The notes: generated by a model from the letters alone, not told the origin. A stretch of 64,000 nucleotides of DNA from Phaeosaccion multiseriatum (GCA_965112735.1 OZ218959.1:1054001-1118000), one strand, 5' to 3'; positions 11,139 through 24,799 are shown, numbered from the stretch's first letter. Made by a program: numbers and translations.

Positions 11139-14100
11139 ATGAGTCGGGTTGATATTTCAGGTATGCGTGGAAAGACGGGCTGGGATCTATTGGAGTCGAT
11201 GTGCGCGTTTTCCCTTCTTCCCCTTGACCTGATGGCTTCCCCTGTACATGTGTCCTCCGCCTTGCCTCTCATCCTCCGCTACTAGGCGCCAGCGCCACCC
11301 CCCCCCCCCCCCCCCCCCCCGGAGTGGATCTGGAAAATATCAACTTGGAGGCCGAGACAGATGTCGATGAGGCGATGCCCTCCTCCGCAGGAACCGCAGC
11401 AGACATACCTCCTAGTCCTCCCGATCCAGGCACGCCTCGACAGGCCGAGGGGAGGGGCTCTATCAGCGGGAGGGGCTCCATCATTTTAGGAACCATGGTG
11501 GACGAGGCCACAGCCACCATGAGCAACAAGGACCTTATCGCCAGGGACGGCTTCGGCTTCGACTACTGCATGGTCTTCCCCACCGAGCCCAACAAGCTTG
11601 GCGAGATCACGGTGCGTGAGGTAGAGAGTTGCGCCGAGAATGGGGAAGGAAGAAACACACGCAAGCTAACCACAAGAAGGTGTAATCGCATGTACTCAAT
11701 TTTGCTTCCCACCCTCTCTGCTGCGCAAACGCGTACGTGATGCTCCTACCCTTCTCCTGCTCTGCTCCCACCCTGCTCCCGCTTTCAAAGGGTTTCAGGT
11801 CTTGCGGTGCTGTTCCTCCTTGCTTAATCCCCCCCCCCACCCCCCTATGGCTGGCTGCTCTTTGACTCCTCAACTTCCGTCCCTCTGTTGTTGGCTCTCT
11901 CGCTTCTCCTACCCTCGGCAGCCCTTCGCCTCTCAAGTCATTACGGACATCAAGGCTGCTAAGCTCGAGACCAAGATCTACATGAGGTGCGTGGGAAGCC
12001 TCTCATTATAAGGGTCAGCAGGGCAGACGTAGTAGGGCCGGGAGCGGAGGAGGAGGAGAAGGAGACGGCATCCTGCCACGACAACGTTGAGCCAGAGCCG
12101 CTGGAGAGGAACCAAGTCCCTTCCGTGAGACAAGATGCCCCCCTCTCCTAATCAGCCCCCTTGCTTCCTGCCGTCTGCACCGTCCCCCCCGTCACTGTCC
12201 ACCCACAGCTGCCAGAACGACGAGATTCTGTGCGAGATCCGTGCGTCCATCCCGCGGCTACAGCAGTTCGCTGACTTCAGCAACAAGAAGCTCCGTCTGG
12301 ACGCCGCCGAACTCAAGGCCCTCGCAGAAGCGGGGGACCCCGAGGCGAACATAGCCCCCATTAAAATCAACGACGACCCTGAGATCAGCAAGAGAGAGTA
12401 AGTCAGTGAGTAGGGATAGAACCCCACCCACTATGAGCAAGAGCGAGTGCGTCAGGGAGTGGGAAGTTCCGACGGCTTATCTAAGGCAGCAGCTCGAGCC
12501 TTCGGAGAGGGGACGCAACTGGCCAGTGACGTACACTGCAAGTTAAACCGCGTGGCTCCTGACGCTGTGGCCGCCTGCTCTGTGGCCGCCTGCATCGCTC
12601 TGCTCCCTCCCCTTCCCTACCCCCTGCCAGCCCGTACTCCTCCATCTACGGAAGGTATGACCGCCGCGCCTCCATTCAGCAAATCTACGCGCAGGACGGG
12701 GAGCACGGTCACCCGTTCACCACGGGCGTGCGCCAAGACCTCATCGTTGACATACTCAAGGCGCCGCACCACGTTGGAGGAGGCGGGCTCAAGGTGGAGA
12801 GGATGCTCACCAAGGGCATGTAAGTCAATAAGAGCGAGGACAAGAGGTTTGAGGTTTCCCGAGTTCTTCCTACCTGGGGTCTCTCCGTCTCCCATTGCAA
12901 GTGCATTGGCATGGAGGTAACCCCACCCCCCCCTGCAACTCCCTGCGCTTTCGCTCGGTCCCTGTCGCTCGGTCTGCCCGCCCGCTTGCCGGTCTCCCTC
13001 CCCACCTGCCTGCCCTGCCCTGCCCTACCCAGGATCCTCGGCTTCTTCCCCATGCACCGGCCGGCGGTCAAGGCCGATCTCTCGTCCCGCTGGCTCGTGT
13101 GGGACCAAATGCCCCACGCGCAGCCCTTTTGGGATATTAAGGAGTACTTTGGCTGCAAGGTCGGGTTGTACTTTCAATTCATTGGACACTACACATGGTA
13201 AGAAATAAGTGCAGTGTAGAGCAGTGCATGCATGCGCGAATACAAAGGCTAGCTACGCAGCCCCGACTTCATCCCTCACCACAAGAAATAGAGTGACGTG
13301 ATGCTTGCCTCTTCTCGGTCGTCCCTCTGTGCGCTATGGACTGAGTCTTGCTGGCCCCCACCCTTGCCCCTTGCCCATACCCTCCGCCTGTCCCTGTCCC
13401 TGCCCCTGCCCGTGCAGGTGGCTGATCCCTCTATCGGTCATCGGAGTCGTGACCGGCCTCACCGTGTACGCCACAGACACCTACGAGCACCCCATCACGC
13501 TCATGTTCGCCGCTGTTGTCATCATATGGGCCACCCTTATGCTCGAGTTTTGGAAGCGCAGGGAGGCCCGCGTGGCGCTGGAGTGGGGCATGAGCGACTT
13601 CGAGTCGTCGGAGCTGGACAGGCCCGAGTACGTAGGGGAGCTCAAGATGTCGGCCGTTACAGGCCGCCTTACCATCTACTTCCCCCCCAAAGAGGCGCGC
13701 TTCCGTCGCACGCAAGCAGCCTCCGCCGTCTGCGCCTTCATCATGATTGTCGTGTCTCTCATTGGCGCCATTTACGGCCTCAAGTGGTGGATGGTGCGTG
13801 TATTTACTTGGCTTGACGGGTCCTTAACCTGACTGCGTTGCCCGAACCCGAGCGAGGGCAGGCTGCAGCAGCAGCACAGCAGCAGCAGCACAGCACCTTG
13901 CAGTCATTGCCAAGCATTCTCAGAGGCCGCGACTGTCGATCGATGAATGATGTCCCCTACAACCCTTGTCATCACAAATGTCGATCGATGAATGATGTCC
14001 CCTCTCATCACAACTCTTCCTCTCAATCGCTCCCAACACACGCACGCACGAACGCACACACGCACACGCGCAGGTGTACAGGACCACCGGTACCTGGGGA

Positions 14101-16823
14101 AGAGACTACGGCAACGTCATCGCCTCTGTGTGCAATTCCGTCCAGATCCAGATTCTCAACTTCATCTACCAGAAGCTTGTTGTCAAGGTGAGAAAGCGTC
14201 AGAGCAGCGAGGCGCAGCTGTCTTGTGCTCGACACTGGATCCTTACTCGCTCGGTCGCTCGCTCCTTCGCTGGCTTGCTGGCTTGCTTGCTTGTTTACGT
14301 CGTTGCTTGCTTGCTTGCTTTGCTTGCTTACTGGCTTGTCTGCCTTACTGCCTGCGGTGCGCTCTCCTCTCTGCAGCTGACCAAGTACGAGAACCACCGC
14401 ACGGACACCGAGTACGAGGACGCCCTCGTCGTCAAGCTCTTCGCCTTCCAGTTCTGCAATAGGTGAGTGCTGTAAGTCATGAGGAGACACGCCCTGCAAT
14501 TGCAATAGGGAGGGAGGCTCTGCAAGTCATGACTTGTCTCGAGGCACCGGCCAGCAGATGGGCGGTCGTCACCACGAGCGCGACCTTACGCGGGGTGGTG
14601 TAGGCCTCGCTCCGACTGACGTACTCGTTCTTTTGTTCTTTTGTCCTTTCTCCTTTGTCCTTTGTCCTTTTTCCTTGGCAGTTACGGAAGTTTCGCCTAC
14701 TTGGCTTTCATCGGAGAGCCCCTCGTCGGCGTCAAGTGTGAAGCTGGCTGCCTCAAGGTGCGTACTCTCTACCGTCTGCTGCCATCTGCTCGTCATATCT
14801 CATGACAGCCTCAGACGCTCTGAGTCTATCCGATATCGGTCTTGAGAGGACCAGTCAGCGCGAATGCAAACTCCAATCCCTCCTCTCCCTGTCCCTGCCC
14901 ATGTCTTCCCCTCAGCTGGTGAGCCAGAACCTCGCCATCGTCTTTGGCGTGAACCTTCTCGTGGGCAATATCATGGAGGTGCTCATGCCCTTCCTCAAGT
15001 ACAAGAACAAGGTCAAGAAGGAGCTCGCAGATGCGGAGAAGGACCCCGATGCCATCATCACCTACGCTGAGCGGGTACGCCACTACTTTGTCAGGAAGGA
15101 AGGAAGGAAGGAAGGAAGGAAGGAAGGAAGGAAGGAAGGAAGGAAGGAAGGAAGGAAGGAAGGAAGGAAGGAAGGAAGGAAGGAAGGAAGGAAGGAAGGA
15201 AGGAAGGAAGGAAGGAAGGAAGGAAGGAAGGAAGGAAGGAAGGAAGGAAGGAAGGAAGGAAGGAAGGAAGGAAGGAAGGAAGGAAGGAAGGAAGGAAGGA
15301 AGGAAGACAGACAGACAGGCAGAAAGACAGGCAGACAGGCTGTCAGGCGGGCAGGGAGGTTAGTCAGTCAGTCAGTGTGTCAGTCAGTCAGTCAGTCGGT
15401 CGGTCAGTCAGTCAGTCAGTCATGCACGAGAGGATGATACTTGACGACTCGGCTTTCAATATGCTCCCCTCATATGGTCGCTTGCTCTCCGCTCCTCTTC
15501 CCTTCCTTCCCCTCCCCTCCCCTCCCCTCCCCTCCCCTTCTCCCTCCCGCAGCAATACGTCCTGGAGCGCTACGATGGCATCATGGGAACGCTTGCGGTA
15601 AGAGCCAAGGTGTTGAGAGTCAAAGACCGTCCAGCAGCCCTCGCAGATAGGCAGGGCAGGCAACAGCCAGTGGGGCAATGCGGGACCATCACAGCAACGA
15701 CCTCCTTTCGCTCATCCGCCGACCTGGGCATGCCACCCATATGCTTGTGTGCCTGCCCGCCATGGCATCGCCGCTGCACTCCAGGGGAGGGGGAGCCCTG
15801 ACTGGCCATGCTGATCTTTCCTCCGTTGTATCACTGACTCCCCCGCTGCGCAGGATTACGCTGAGCTGGCCATTCAATTCGGATACGTCACTCTCTTTGT
15901 GGTAAGGAAGGAAGGAAAGAAGAAAGGAAGGAAGGAAGGAGGGAGGGAGGGAGGGAGAGATGGCTGTAGCTCCCTAAGATTCAGTAAATGCCTTCAATAC
16001 GCGCTCACGCCTCGCTCTCTCGACCTCCTGGCGGTCCCCCGCCCCCTCTGCTTCGCCTCAGGTTGCCTTCCCTCTGGCGCCGCTGCTTGCCCTCCTCTCT
16101 AACTACGTGGAGATTCGATCCGACGCCTTCAAGCTCCTCACGCAGTTCCAGGTGTGTTGGGCGGCGCGCCTTGTCTTCATTGCCTCACGTGGCAAAGGCG
16201 AGGGCCGTGGAAGGCTTACGCTGATGAGTGATATGTACTAGCGCCGTGCTGCACCGGCCTGCCGGAGTACGGTCACCTCTCCCCGGCCCATATGCCTGAC
16301 ATAGCCTCCCCCCCCCTCCCCTCCCCACCTCCTCTCTTGCAGCGCCCCACCCCCCGGGGAGCGCAGGACATCGGCAAGTGGCAGGACATCTTCTCCTTCC
16401 TTGCTCAGCTCTGTGTCGTCACGTAAGTCGGTGGCCGCCTTCCAATCCAAATCAAGGCCATTTTGTGCTTGCCGCGAACCTCTGTATGCTGAGCGTTGGG
16501 CGTTTGTGTTCTACTCTTCTCCACTCGTTTTCCACTCTGCTCTGCTGTGCTCTCTGGCGATGCACGATGCTCTGTGTGCGTGCTCACCTCTCCTGTCCAA
16601 TCCTGCCCTCTCCTCTCCCCTCTTGGCTTGCCGTGTGCAGCAATGCCGGCCTGGTTTGCTTCATTTACAAGGACCTCATCGGCTCGATGAAGCTCTCTCA
16701 CCAGCTCTGGGCCTTCATCTTCATCACGTAAGCTGATGAGGGGGGGGGGAGGGGGGGGCAGGGAATCTCTTACGAGGGCTAAGCCGGGACTGTGAATGGA
16801 TCTCCCCGCCCCATGCTTAATCA

Positions 16824-16855
<32 letters not shown>

Positions 16856-17131
16856 CTCATCTCCGATTGTTTGCTTGCTTGTGTCGCGTCTGTCGTGTGT
16901 GTCCTCGGCAGGTACGGTACCTTCCTTGTGATAAAGGTGGTGAAGGCGTTGGTGCCTGACGTGCCCGAGGATGTGGAGTTGCAGCTGCAGAGGCAGGACT
17001 TCCTCGTCAGCAAGGTCATCACCAAGGAGGAGGACGACGACGACGTTCAAGAGATGGCGGATAGGCAGTTGGGAAAGGTTCACATCGCGCTCAGCCCCAA
17101 GCACAAGGAGCATGCCATGGGTCATGACTGA
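11139..17131 (+). CDS. Anoctamin/TMEM16 family Ca2+-activated chloride channel or scramblase, about 18 exons
   Basis: Contains GFFPMH, QPFWDIKEYFGCKVGLYFQFIGHYTWWL, IWATLMLEFWKRRE...EWG, RPEY.G, LTKYENHRTDTEYEDALVVKLFAFQFCN, DYAELAIQFGYVTLF, PL..LL..L.NYVEIRSDAFKLL, GAQDIGKWQ and VPDVPEDV. Start is inferred at ATG 11139 (exon MSRVDIS spliced to [19 protein letters not shown]). Confidence 0.93.
15094..15307 (+). repeat. (AGGA)n microsatellite, about 53 units, in an anoctamin intron
   Basis: Perfect AAGG repeat, followed by (CAGA)n and (GTCA)n tracts. Confidence 0.97.
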
Positions 17132-17313
17132 GGGGTGCAAGTTGAGTCTTCTTCCCTTCGCCCCTCCCTCTTCTCTTGGCCCATTCTTCTGCAGCGCTTG
17201 GCTCGCTCTAGTGAGGATGTGTTGAGTGTGAGAGCAAGCCGTCGCCGGAGCTGCCGGAGAGGCACGAGGGAGGAGAGGAGACTCTCGAAGGGGTGGTGTG
17301 TATGTGTGTATGT

Positions 17314-17380
<67 letters not shown>

Positions 17381-18302
17381 GGTGGGTGTGGGTGTGCACT
17401 GCGATGCGCGGGGCGGGGGAGTGCCTTCGGTCAACGGTCATGCGGCGTGGTGAGGACGAGGGAGGAGGAGGAAGTAGCCTTCACCTCAGATCAGCATCGC
17501 CGAGATATCTGCCCGCAGACACTTGCCCGCGGGTCACAGAGAGGCGCTTGGGCAGGGTTGCCTAAGTAGTGCGCAGTTTGTGTGTTTGAGGGGGGGGTAG
17601 ATTGGCACGGGCTGGCTTTGGCTCGCTCCGCTGCAATGTCCCTTTCCCTTCCCTATTTCTTTAATCGCACTACAAGTACTTACAAGAATGGGAGCCAAGC
17701 ACACGGCCCGGAAACTCGCAAGCCACACCCTTGACACGAGCAATGGACTGTCCGCTGTCCGCTCTCTCCTTGCAGCGTCCACACCCTACCACTCGAGGGC
17801 AGGTGGGAGGCGGCGCGCTCACGAAGCTTCCTTTGCCTTATCGTGCCTCGGATCTCCTGTCTGCCCGTCGAGGAGGAGGAGACAGGGCCTCAGAAGAACC
17901 CTTTTGGGAGACAGACTTGCTGGAGCAGTCTTCCGCGAAGTCCCTTCCTTTTTCTCGGCGCACTCTCTTGCAGTCTGTGAGTATCGGGCCTCTCCATACT
18001 CCATGCACGCACTCTCCCTGGGGGAGGGAGTAAGGGGCATAGGCAAGCAGCAGAAGACCTGGCCCATCGACCCAGCAGGGCAAGCATTCAACTGCGAGGC
18101 ACAGATGAATCTTTATTTACATTCCATACGTAACTGCGCTACCTAAAATACACAGGCTTTTGTGTACTGCAAGCTACCCCTTCGTTTATGTGCTATTGTA
18201 CAAAGTATGTCGCGGCATCTTCGCCGCCTCGTCGTCACCGCGCTGCGGCTACTGTAGATAGAGAAGGGAAAATAACGCGTACACCTTCCAGTTACTAAGC
18301 TT

Positions 18303-20359
18303 CTAACCCTGCGTCTTGTTGTTCTTGCCCCTGACCAAGAAGTACATTGCCGACCCCAAAATCGCAAGCCCACCCACGCTGCCCGCAGCGATGCCGGCGA
18401 TGGCGCCATCAGACAGCCCGTTGGTGCTCTTGCTGCTGTTGCCACTGCCGCTCGCACCGGCGCTCCCTTCCACCTCAGGGTCCCCTGAATCGTCCTCCAC
18501 AACCACCACGAGCTGCTCAGGCACGCAGTACTCGTCAGCGGTGCTCGCGGAAGTGCACACGGGATCGTAGCAGTCCATCTGCAGTGAGCGCGATAGGTGA
18601 ATACGTAAGCGAGGGAGGGAAACAGTGAGTGAGTAAATAGAGAGCGGTAATTCGTTCTTTCGTAGGGTTCAGTGCATACGATGTGCATACCTCAAGCGTG
18701 ACAGTTCCGTCCAAGTAGTCGAAGGACTCGACTGCCGACACTTCCGCGTAACTGAGGGGGGGCGAGTTGGGAACAAAAGAACAGACGGCAGACCAATGAG
18801 ACAGAGATTCTGAAGAAGCGCGGGTGTTTTGTTTTTTGTTTTTTGGCATTGCTCGCTTACTGTACCTGTCGCAACCCCCAATGTGGTCCAACACCCACGC
18901 ACTGTCGTAATACGTCATGACGGGTTGGTCATCCTGTTGTCCACGCCCGACAAAGAGGGGGGAAGGGAAACGGGAGGGGGGGAGGGGGGAGTGAGATACG
19001 CGCAAAGCAGTAGTAGCGGCAACGTGCAAGGCAATTGAAAGTTCTCACTCCTCTCTTTGGGCGGCTTGCTCACCTCGTCACACATGTATGGAAGGTCTGA
19101 ATGTGAAGGGCATTCCACATCAGGATCTTGGTAGCAAGAGTAGTCTCTGCTCTGCGATCGACCTACGAATCCATCCTCGCAGCACTTCTGAGTGTAGCGC
19201 ATACACACCGACCTACAGGCCTGTTGCTTCCACTCGACCATCTCCGGAATGTCCATGGCGGCGTGGCCATCTCCATCTGCTGCCATCTGAGTGACCACTT
19301 GACCCTCGACAGTGTAGGTGAGCTTCGCCATTCCGCACTTGTCGAACTGGGAGCCGGACATGCACTTCATTGCCTTGGATGCACTCTGAGGGGGGAGGCG
19401 GGGGTATGCAGCGGGGGCAGACATGGAGGGACCAGGAAAGAGAGTTGTAAGCTGGCTGCGAGCGAGTATAGTGCAAAACAAAGAGTGATGGAGTGCATGA
19501 GTCTGAGTAGAGTGGGAGGGAGGGAGTGAGACGCTTACCTGACAAGAGTCAGAGGTGAGGGAGAATCCGCCTGCTCCGGTCGTTGTCGTTTCGCCGCATG
19601 CGACGCCGTCTTCTCCAGACAGTACCTCTGCGCCGATCTCACTGAACTCAAGGATGGTCTCCCCGCCACCTTTCGTGCGGCAGTATCACAGTATCATAGG
19701 TCAGACCGAGAGACAGACCCTCTCTCTCCACCTCCATCATCACACATGAAAGATACTTTTCTTACGCGAAAGATACTTTTTTTTCGCAGATGGATCTTCT
19801 TTTCCCCCCTTTGCCTCCCCCCCGCCGTGCTTACATGCAGGGTCGTCCCAGCTTTCCAAGTCGATTGCTCCCTCGAGGGGAGAGTGATGTCCTCCAAAGA
19901 CGTCCTCATTGGCGAATCCGTCATCCAGAAGGCCTGCACACTTTCCTTCACCTGTGGTAGTAGGATACGACGACCGCAAGATGGGGAGAGAGAGAAGATA
20001 TAGTAGGAGTCCGAGGGGTGCAGAGGGCGCAAGATGAGGGGAGGCAGAAAGCGAGAATTGGATAGAGAGATGCTAGGGCCAGAGGAAGTGGTAGTGGTTG
20101 ACAGTTTGTGTGGATGTCGTGTTCATCCTTGAAATTGAAGTGGCTACGATGCGAGAGTGTGAGGACGAAAGAGCGAGAGAGGAAGAGAAGTGAGGAAGCA
20201 AGTGGGCCCATCACCTCCAGTGTAATCTTGGACCTCGGACGGGTAGCTGTTGCAGGTGATGAACTGAAAGTGCTCCAGCTCGGAGCCGCTTGTGGCCGTG
20301 CCCAGGGTTGCGACGGGGCTCAGGGCTAACAGTCCCAACAGTCCACCCGTGAAGACCAT
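18303..20359 (-). CDS. Uncharacterised secreted/type I single-pass membrane protein with a Cys-rich ectodomain, 7 exons
   Basis: Signal-peptide-like start MVFTGGLLGLLALSPVATLG. In-frame GT-AG exons at ~20359-20215, 19951-19836, 19670-19539, 19386-19074, 18932-18866, 18751-18691 and 18578-18303. Gly/Ser linker, then TM LSDGAIAGIAAGSVGGLAILGSAMYFLV and a short basic tail RGKNNKTQG*. Confidence 0.75.
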
Positions 20360-20593
20360 TCTTGCTGTAAGAGTGCTGCTTGAACTGGAAGGGAAGAGGA
20401 GAGGTAGCAGTGAAGGAATGAAGAATGAATGAAATAGGGTGGCGAAGAAAGGGATACAGACAGGCACGTGCCTTCAACCGGAGTAGTATCTTGGCGTGTG
20501 CCCTTTTGGATGCCACACTCTGCCGTCGGAGATTTCTGGATCCCGCCTCTTTTCCCGCTCCACCCCCCCCCCCCCCCAAGCTAGTGCGGGAAG

Positions 20594-22285
20594 ATGATCG
20601 GGAAGAGCACTCTCTACGGGTGGGCCCTGGCCCTAACCCTACTTGCTGCGAGGCATGTTATGGCGTTTAATGAGTGCCATGTGAAGTGCTCGGAGGAATG
20701 TCAGGTCAGTGAGAGAGGAAGAGGAAGAGAAGGAGAGAGAAAGGGTGCGTGGGGGGGGGGGTGTGAGAGAGAGAGAGTGAGCGAGTACGTGAGTGAAGAA
20801 GGAAGAGAGGAAGGAGGAGAAGCAGGAAGGAGCGAGGAGGGAGATGGAGGAGCGGCCGAGCGTGCAGCCAGGGCCAGCAGGGAGGGCCTTCAGCAGAAGC
20901 AAGAACATGCATGTGTGAACGAGGAGTGACTTCAAGCAGTGAGAAGGAGTAACCTTAAGAAGTGAAAGCGAGCGGGAGAACCCACGTCTGCCTTCCCTCT
21001 GTATTTCCCTGCCTTCTCTCCACAGCGGACAACAGGATGCCAGCCGACTTGTACGGAGGAGTGTGTGGACCAATTTCCACCTCTGACTGCTGCAGAGACA
21101 CTTGCATGCTTGAGTGACACGGTAAGTGAGGGTTGGGGTTTGGGCGAGGGTCAGGTCTGGTCACAACCTGGCCAGGGTCACAAAAGAGCTCTGGGCCTCT
21201 ACGGTTCAGGGTCAGAGTAAGTCAAGCCGAGAGTCAAGGTCATGGGGCGGTGAATCCACTACACGAGTGGTGGCAAGGCAGTCTGCATTACGCGCTGCCT
21301 CTGTCCCTCCCCGCCTCTCTCTCTCACCCTCCCTCCCTCCCTCCCTCCCTCCCTCCCTCCCTCCCTCCCTCATCTCCCCTTCTTTCCCTTTCTCCTTCTT
21401 GCTTGTGGCTATTAGTGCGATGAATGCGCGTCTGACTACTACCGGCCCGTCCTTGGGCAGTGCAGCGAGGGCACACAAACAATATCATACGTGTGGGAAG
21501 TAGCGCGATACGTGGCATCATGTGGCTGTGAGGTGCCCTATGGCTGTTACGGCCATTCCGGGGCCTCCTCTCTTCCACCTTCCGACATCCAGGAGTGCAC
21601 GGAGGTACGTTTGCCTGTGTGTGCTCAGCACCAACAAATGTAAACCCTGACTTCTGGATGGCTGACTGCCATCGTAGTCAATGAATGAGTGAGAATGATG
21701 ACCATCCAGAAGCCTTTGGCTGGTGCTGGACAGGCCCCTACTTACCCTCTCCCCGACAGTTACCTTGACCCTGGCTGACCCTGACCCTGACCCTCAATCT
21801 TATTAAAGGACACCGGAGACAGAACAAGTCCTGCGAGTGAGCAGGAGCTAAGCCCGTGGGTGTCGGCTCTTATCGTCGTGTTGTGCCTGGGCGGCTTTGC
21901 GGCTTCTGTGGCAGTGCTCAGATACCACAAAGCGCATCGGTAGGTGACGGCGCGCGCCACAGCCACCGCGCTTCCCACTCACGAGTTCTTGCACTCGCCC
22001 CCCCAACCGCCCCTCTCCCTCTCCCTCATAGTCCCTTACAGTCGTGTACTCACTCGCGCACTCATGCACTCCCCCTCTTTCCCCTCACCCTTACCCCAAC
22101 AACCCCTCAGTAAACTGGCTCACGACTACACCCTGCTGGACACGGCGTACACGGCCTTACTCGAGCAGCAACAGCAGGAGGGCAAGCCTACATTTAAACC
22201 CCTCCCGGTTCTGAAGGAAGCTGAGGCTGTCTCTGTAGTGGGAGCAGATGTGGAGATGAGGCCCCATAATACTTACGAGTGTTAG
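20594..22285 (+). CDS. Small type I membrane protein resembling the juxtamembrane Cys domain, TM and tail of ELAPOR/KIAA1324 (UPF0577) proteins, 5 exons
   Basis: Exons ~20594-20704, 21025-21121, 21416-21604, 21809-21939 and 22111-22285 splice in frame. They give a signal peptide, a Cys-rich segment, CDECASDYYRPVLGQCSEGTQTISYVWE...SLPPSDIQECTE, TM WVSALIVVLCLGGFAASVAVL and tail YHKAHRKLAHDYTLL. Confidence 0.7.
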
Positions 22286-22512
22286 GAGATTGGGGAAAAA
22301 AAGGTTTGTTATTATATCAGTGCGGCCGTGAGGCTCCGCGTCTTATTTTCTATTATCCTATATTACGGTGAGGTGTGCACTTCCCCACGTACATTACACA
22401 CCCTCCCTTCGCCCTATCGTAACTTGTACAAATATACAACGCGGCATGTGGCCACATTTCATGAAGGTGCAGCCAGCTGAGCTTGCCTAACATAGCTCTT
22501 CTCAATTTAGAT

Positions 22513-23940
22513 TTAACCAGAGTAGTACTCTGCAGCTGTCAGAATAGTTGCTCCACCTGTGGTGGGGAAGGCAATCAAAGGGAGAAGGAAAGTCAGCAAC
22601 GCGACCCACATGCCCTTCTTCTCGACCTCCCGAACACTGACGCCATATTGAAAAGGAGATGTCGTCGTGTCCATCACAGGCAGCGACGCACACGCACACA
22701 TGTACACCATCTCACTTACCATACCAGTCCAGTAACCAGACCTCCTCCAGCTCCAACTTTCGAACGTTGAAGCCATGGCCCGCCGGCCACAGCGCCATTT
22801 CCGGGTGTGTGGCGAACAGCTGGGTCTTTGCTCCTTTAACCTCTTGCTCGTCCTCCACTTCGACAATACGCTGGGGTGTTCGTGTGCGTGTGCGTGCGTG
22901 GGTGTGTGTGCATGTAGGCTCTGTGTTAGTTCTCTGCGCGTGCTTCCGTCTCACCCCCCACATCAACAACTCAAGGTCCACCATCCATCCTTACATCCGC
23001 TTCTAATGACTCACCCCGATAAGTGTCACCTTGACACAGGTGGGGTCTTCAGCGTCCTGCTTGCAACCTTTCTTCGTCTGACTCTCTGTAACTGTCATGG
23101 AACACCTCGCATCCTCAGACAGGTCCTTGACGGTCGTATCCATACCGCTCACGTAGAAGTACGGGGTCCCCGCACGAGCATACTGTGTGTATGTGGGGGG
23201 ACGTGGCGTTGCACGTGTGTACAATGTGTGAGTGTATGTTGCTGGGAACGGGCCCCTGACTAAAAGAACGGCCATAAACCAAGAACTTGCTACAGGCGAT
23301 ATAGCGCCCTTCCCCTTCATGTCTCTACAGCTTCAGGCACAAGACATGTAAGGCTCACATAAAGCTCACTTAGCTCCCTCTCGCGTTCCTGTACCTCGCA
23401 GACTAACAAGCCCACAGAGCAAACGGGGGAGGAGAGGCTAAAGAAAGAAAAAGGATGTGGCTTGCTTTATGGACACACAAAAAAACGCACCTCGCTGTCT
23501 GCTGTAGCTGGATCAACATAGCTGAGGACGTTTGTGAAAGGGAAGCCCTTCCAGCTCTGCGAATTTGTCGCCACGATGCCCCAATCCAGCTGTGAGACCA
23601 GCCATCGGGCCTATATGTGAGAGTGTGTTCGAGAGCACAGGATGCGTTGGAGGGGGGCATGGAGGCCCGGGTCAGCAGCAGCGGGGGAAGGGAGAGATGC
23701 CACGGAGGAAGTGAGGAACTATGAAAAGCATATAGACTGATGATTGAGGTGAGGAAGGGTGGCAAGTTGAAGAAGACTAGGCTAACTCACAGTCCCCGCC
23801 TTGTCGTCGTGGTGGGGTTTCTCAATGCTGGGCTCGCCAACGTCGGGGATGGAGGCCGCAAAGTCCTGTACGGCCTCTGTTGCTGGGAGCGCTGGGAGCA
23901 ACGCAGCGATGAGGCACACTCCAAAGCAGACTCCAAACAT
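22513..23940 (-). CDS. CREG: CREG-like protein (secreted/lysosomal, pyridoxamine-oxidase-like split barrel), 5 exons
   Basis: Signal peptide followed by ARWLVSQLDWGIVAT, GFPFTNVLSY, GTPYFYVSGMD, DAEDPTCVKVTLIG, LFATHPEMALWPAGHGF and WLLDWYGGATILTAAEYY, all diagnostic of CREG1/2. Confidence 0.9.
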
Positions 23941-24799
23941 CTTTAAAGAGTGAAGAGTGTTCATGCTAAGCTGAAGCGAGCTTGCTGCTATTGTAGGGTC
24001 CAGCTGCTTCAACAGCTCCTACCAGAGTAGTAAGTTAGAAAGAAAGGAGGGGAAACCGAATAAGCGCGCCCGCCACGCTTATGGAATTTCAAGAGTTCCC
24101 GATCTTTTCCACCTTAACGCGTTGGTGCTACAGTTCCAGGCGGTCCCTACATCATTGACTTACTGTCCCGCCTACCTAATAATACGTAATTGAGCCTGTC
24201 CCACCTGAATCCCCACCTCCACCACAAGAGGTACCACGTGGTGCTGGCGATGGAGGCAAGAGAGCAGGAACTGCGAAGGACTCGGATGCGAAGGCTGCAC
24301 CCACGGTCAGCACACGCTGCTCAGTATGCCAGAGGAACAAGAAGAGGCACTTCATTCTCAAGTGCGATGGTCAGAAGTGCCGCGAGCGATGCCATTTTTA
24401 TTACCTTGATCCACCACTGCCTAGCTTTCCACCCGAGAGCGAACCCTGGTTTTGTTCCCGATGCTCTCTCAGTCGATCTCAGCATGAAGCCGGCTGAAGG
24501 CCAGCCCACCCGGGAGCGAGCGAGGCACCTCTTTTAGTTTCAAACTTCAGCTTCTTTCTTTACCCCCCCCCCCTCCCCTCTCCCCCCTCAAGTTGGTCTG
24601 GTCATCTGCCTTAAAAGCTCCCCTGAGAAGCACGAAGCCAGGAGGGGCTTGAAGCCAGCCCCGAGGTTGCCGGGCTCCTGGGCGGCCGGGCCTGCGATTT
24701 CGGGAAAAAAAAACCCGAAGTGTCGGTTGAATGACCGCCCAGAGGTAACGTGTTAAGATTAAGGTCGGGGGAGACTTTCCTCCTCCGCCTCCTACTGAG

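Noticed and set aside
11298-11320. 23-C homopolymer as a frameshift or phase-variation site
   Set aside because: Its length keeps the anoctamin frame (ACC plus seven CCC), so it is simply a polyproline stretch.
17688-18146. 152-aa ORF between anoctamin and the Cys-rich gene
   Set aside because: It has no recognisable motif and lies in the convergent 3' UTR zone, so it is probably spurious.
21127-21795. Degenerate telomere-like hexamers (GGGTCA/CCCTGA)
   Set aside because: There are only a few imperfect units within introns and no true TTAGGG/TTTAGGG array.
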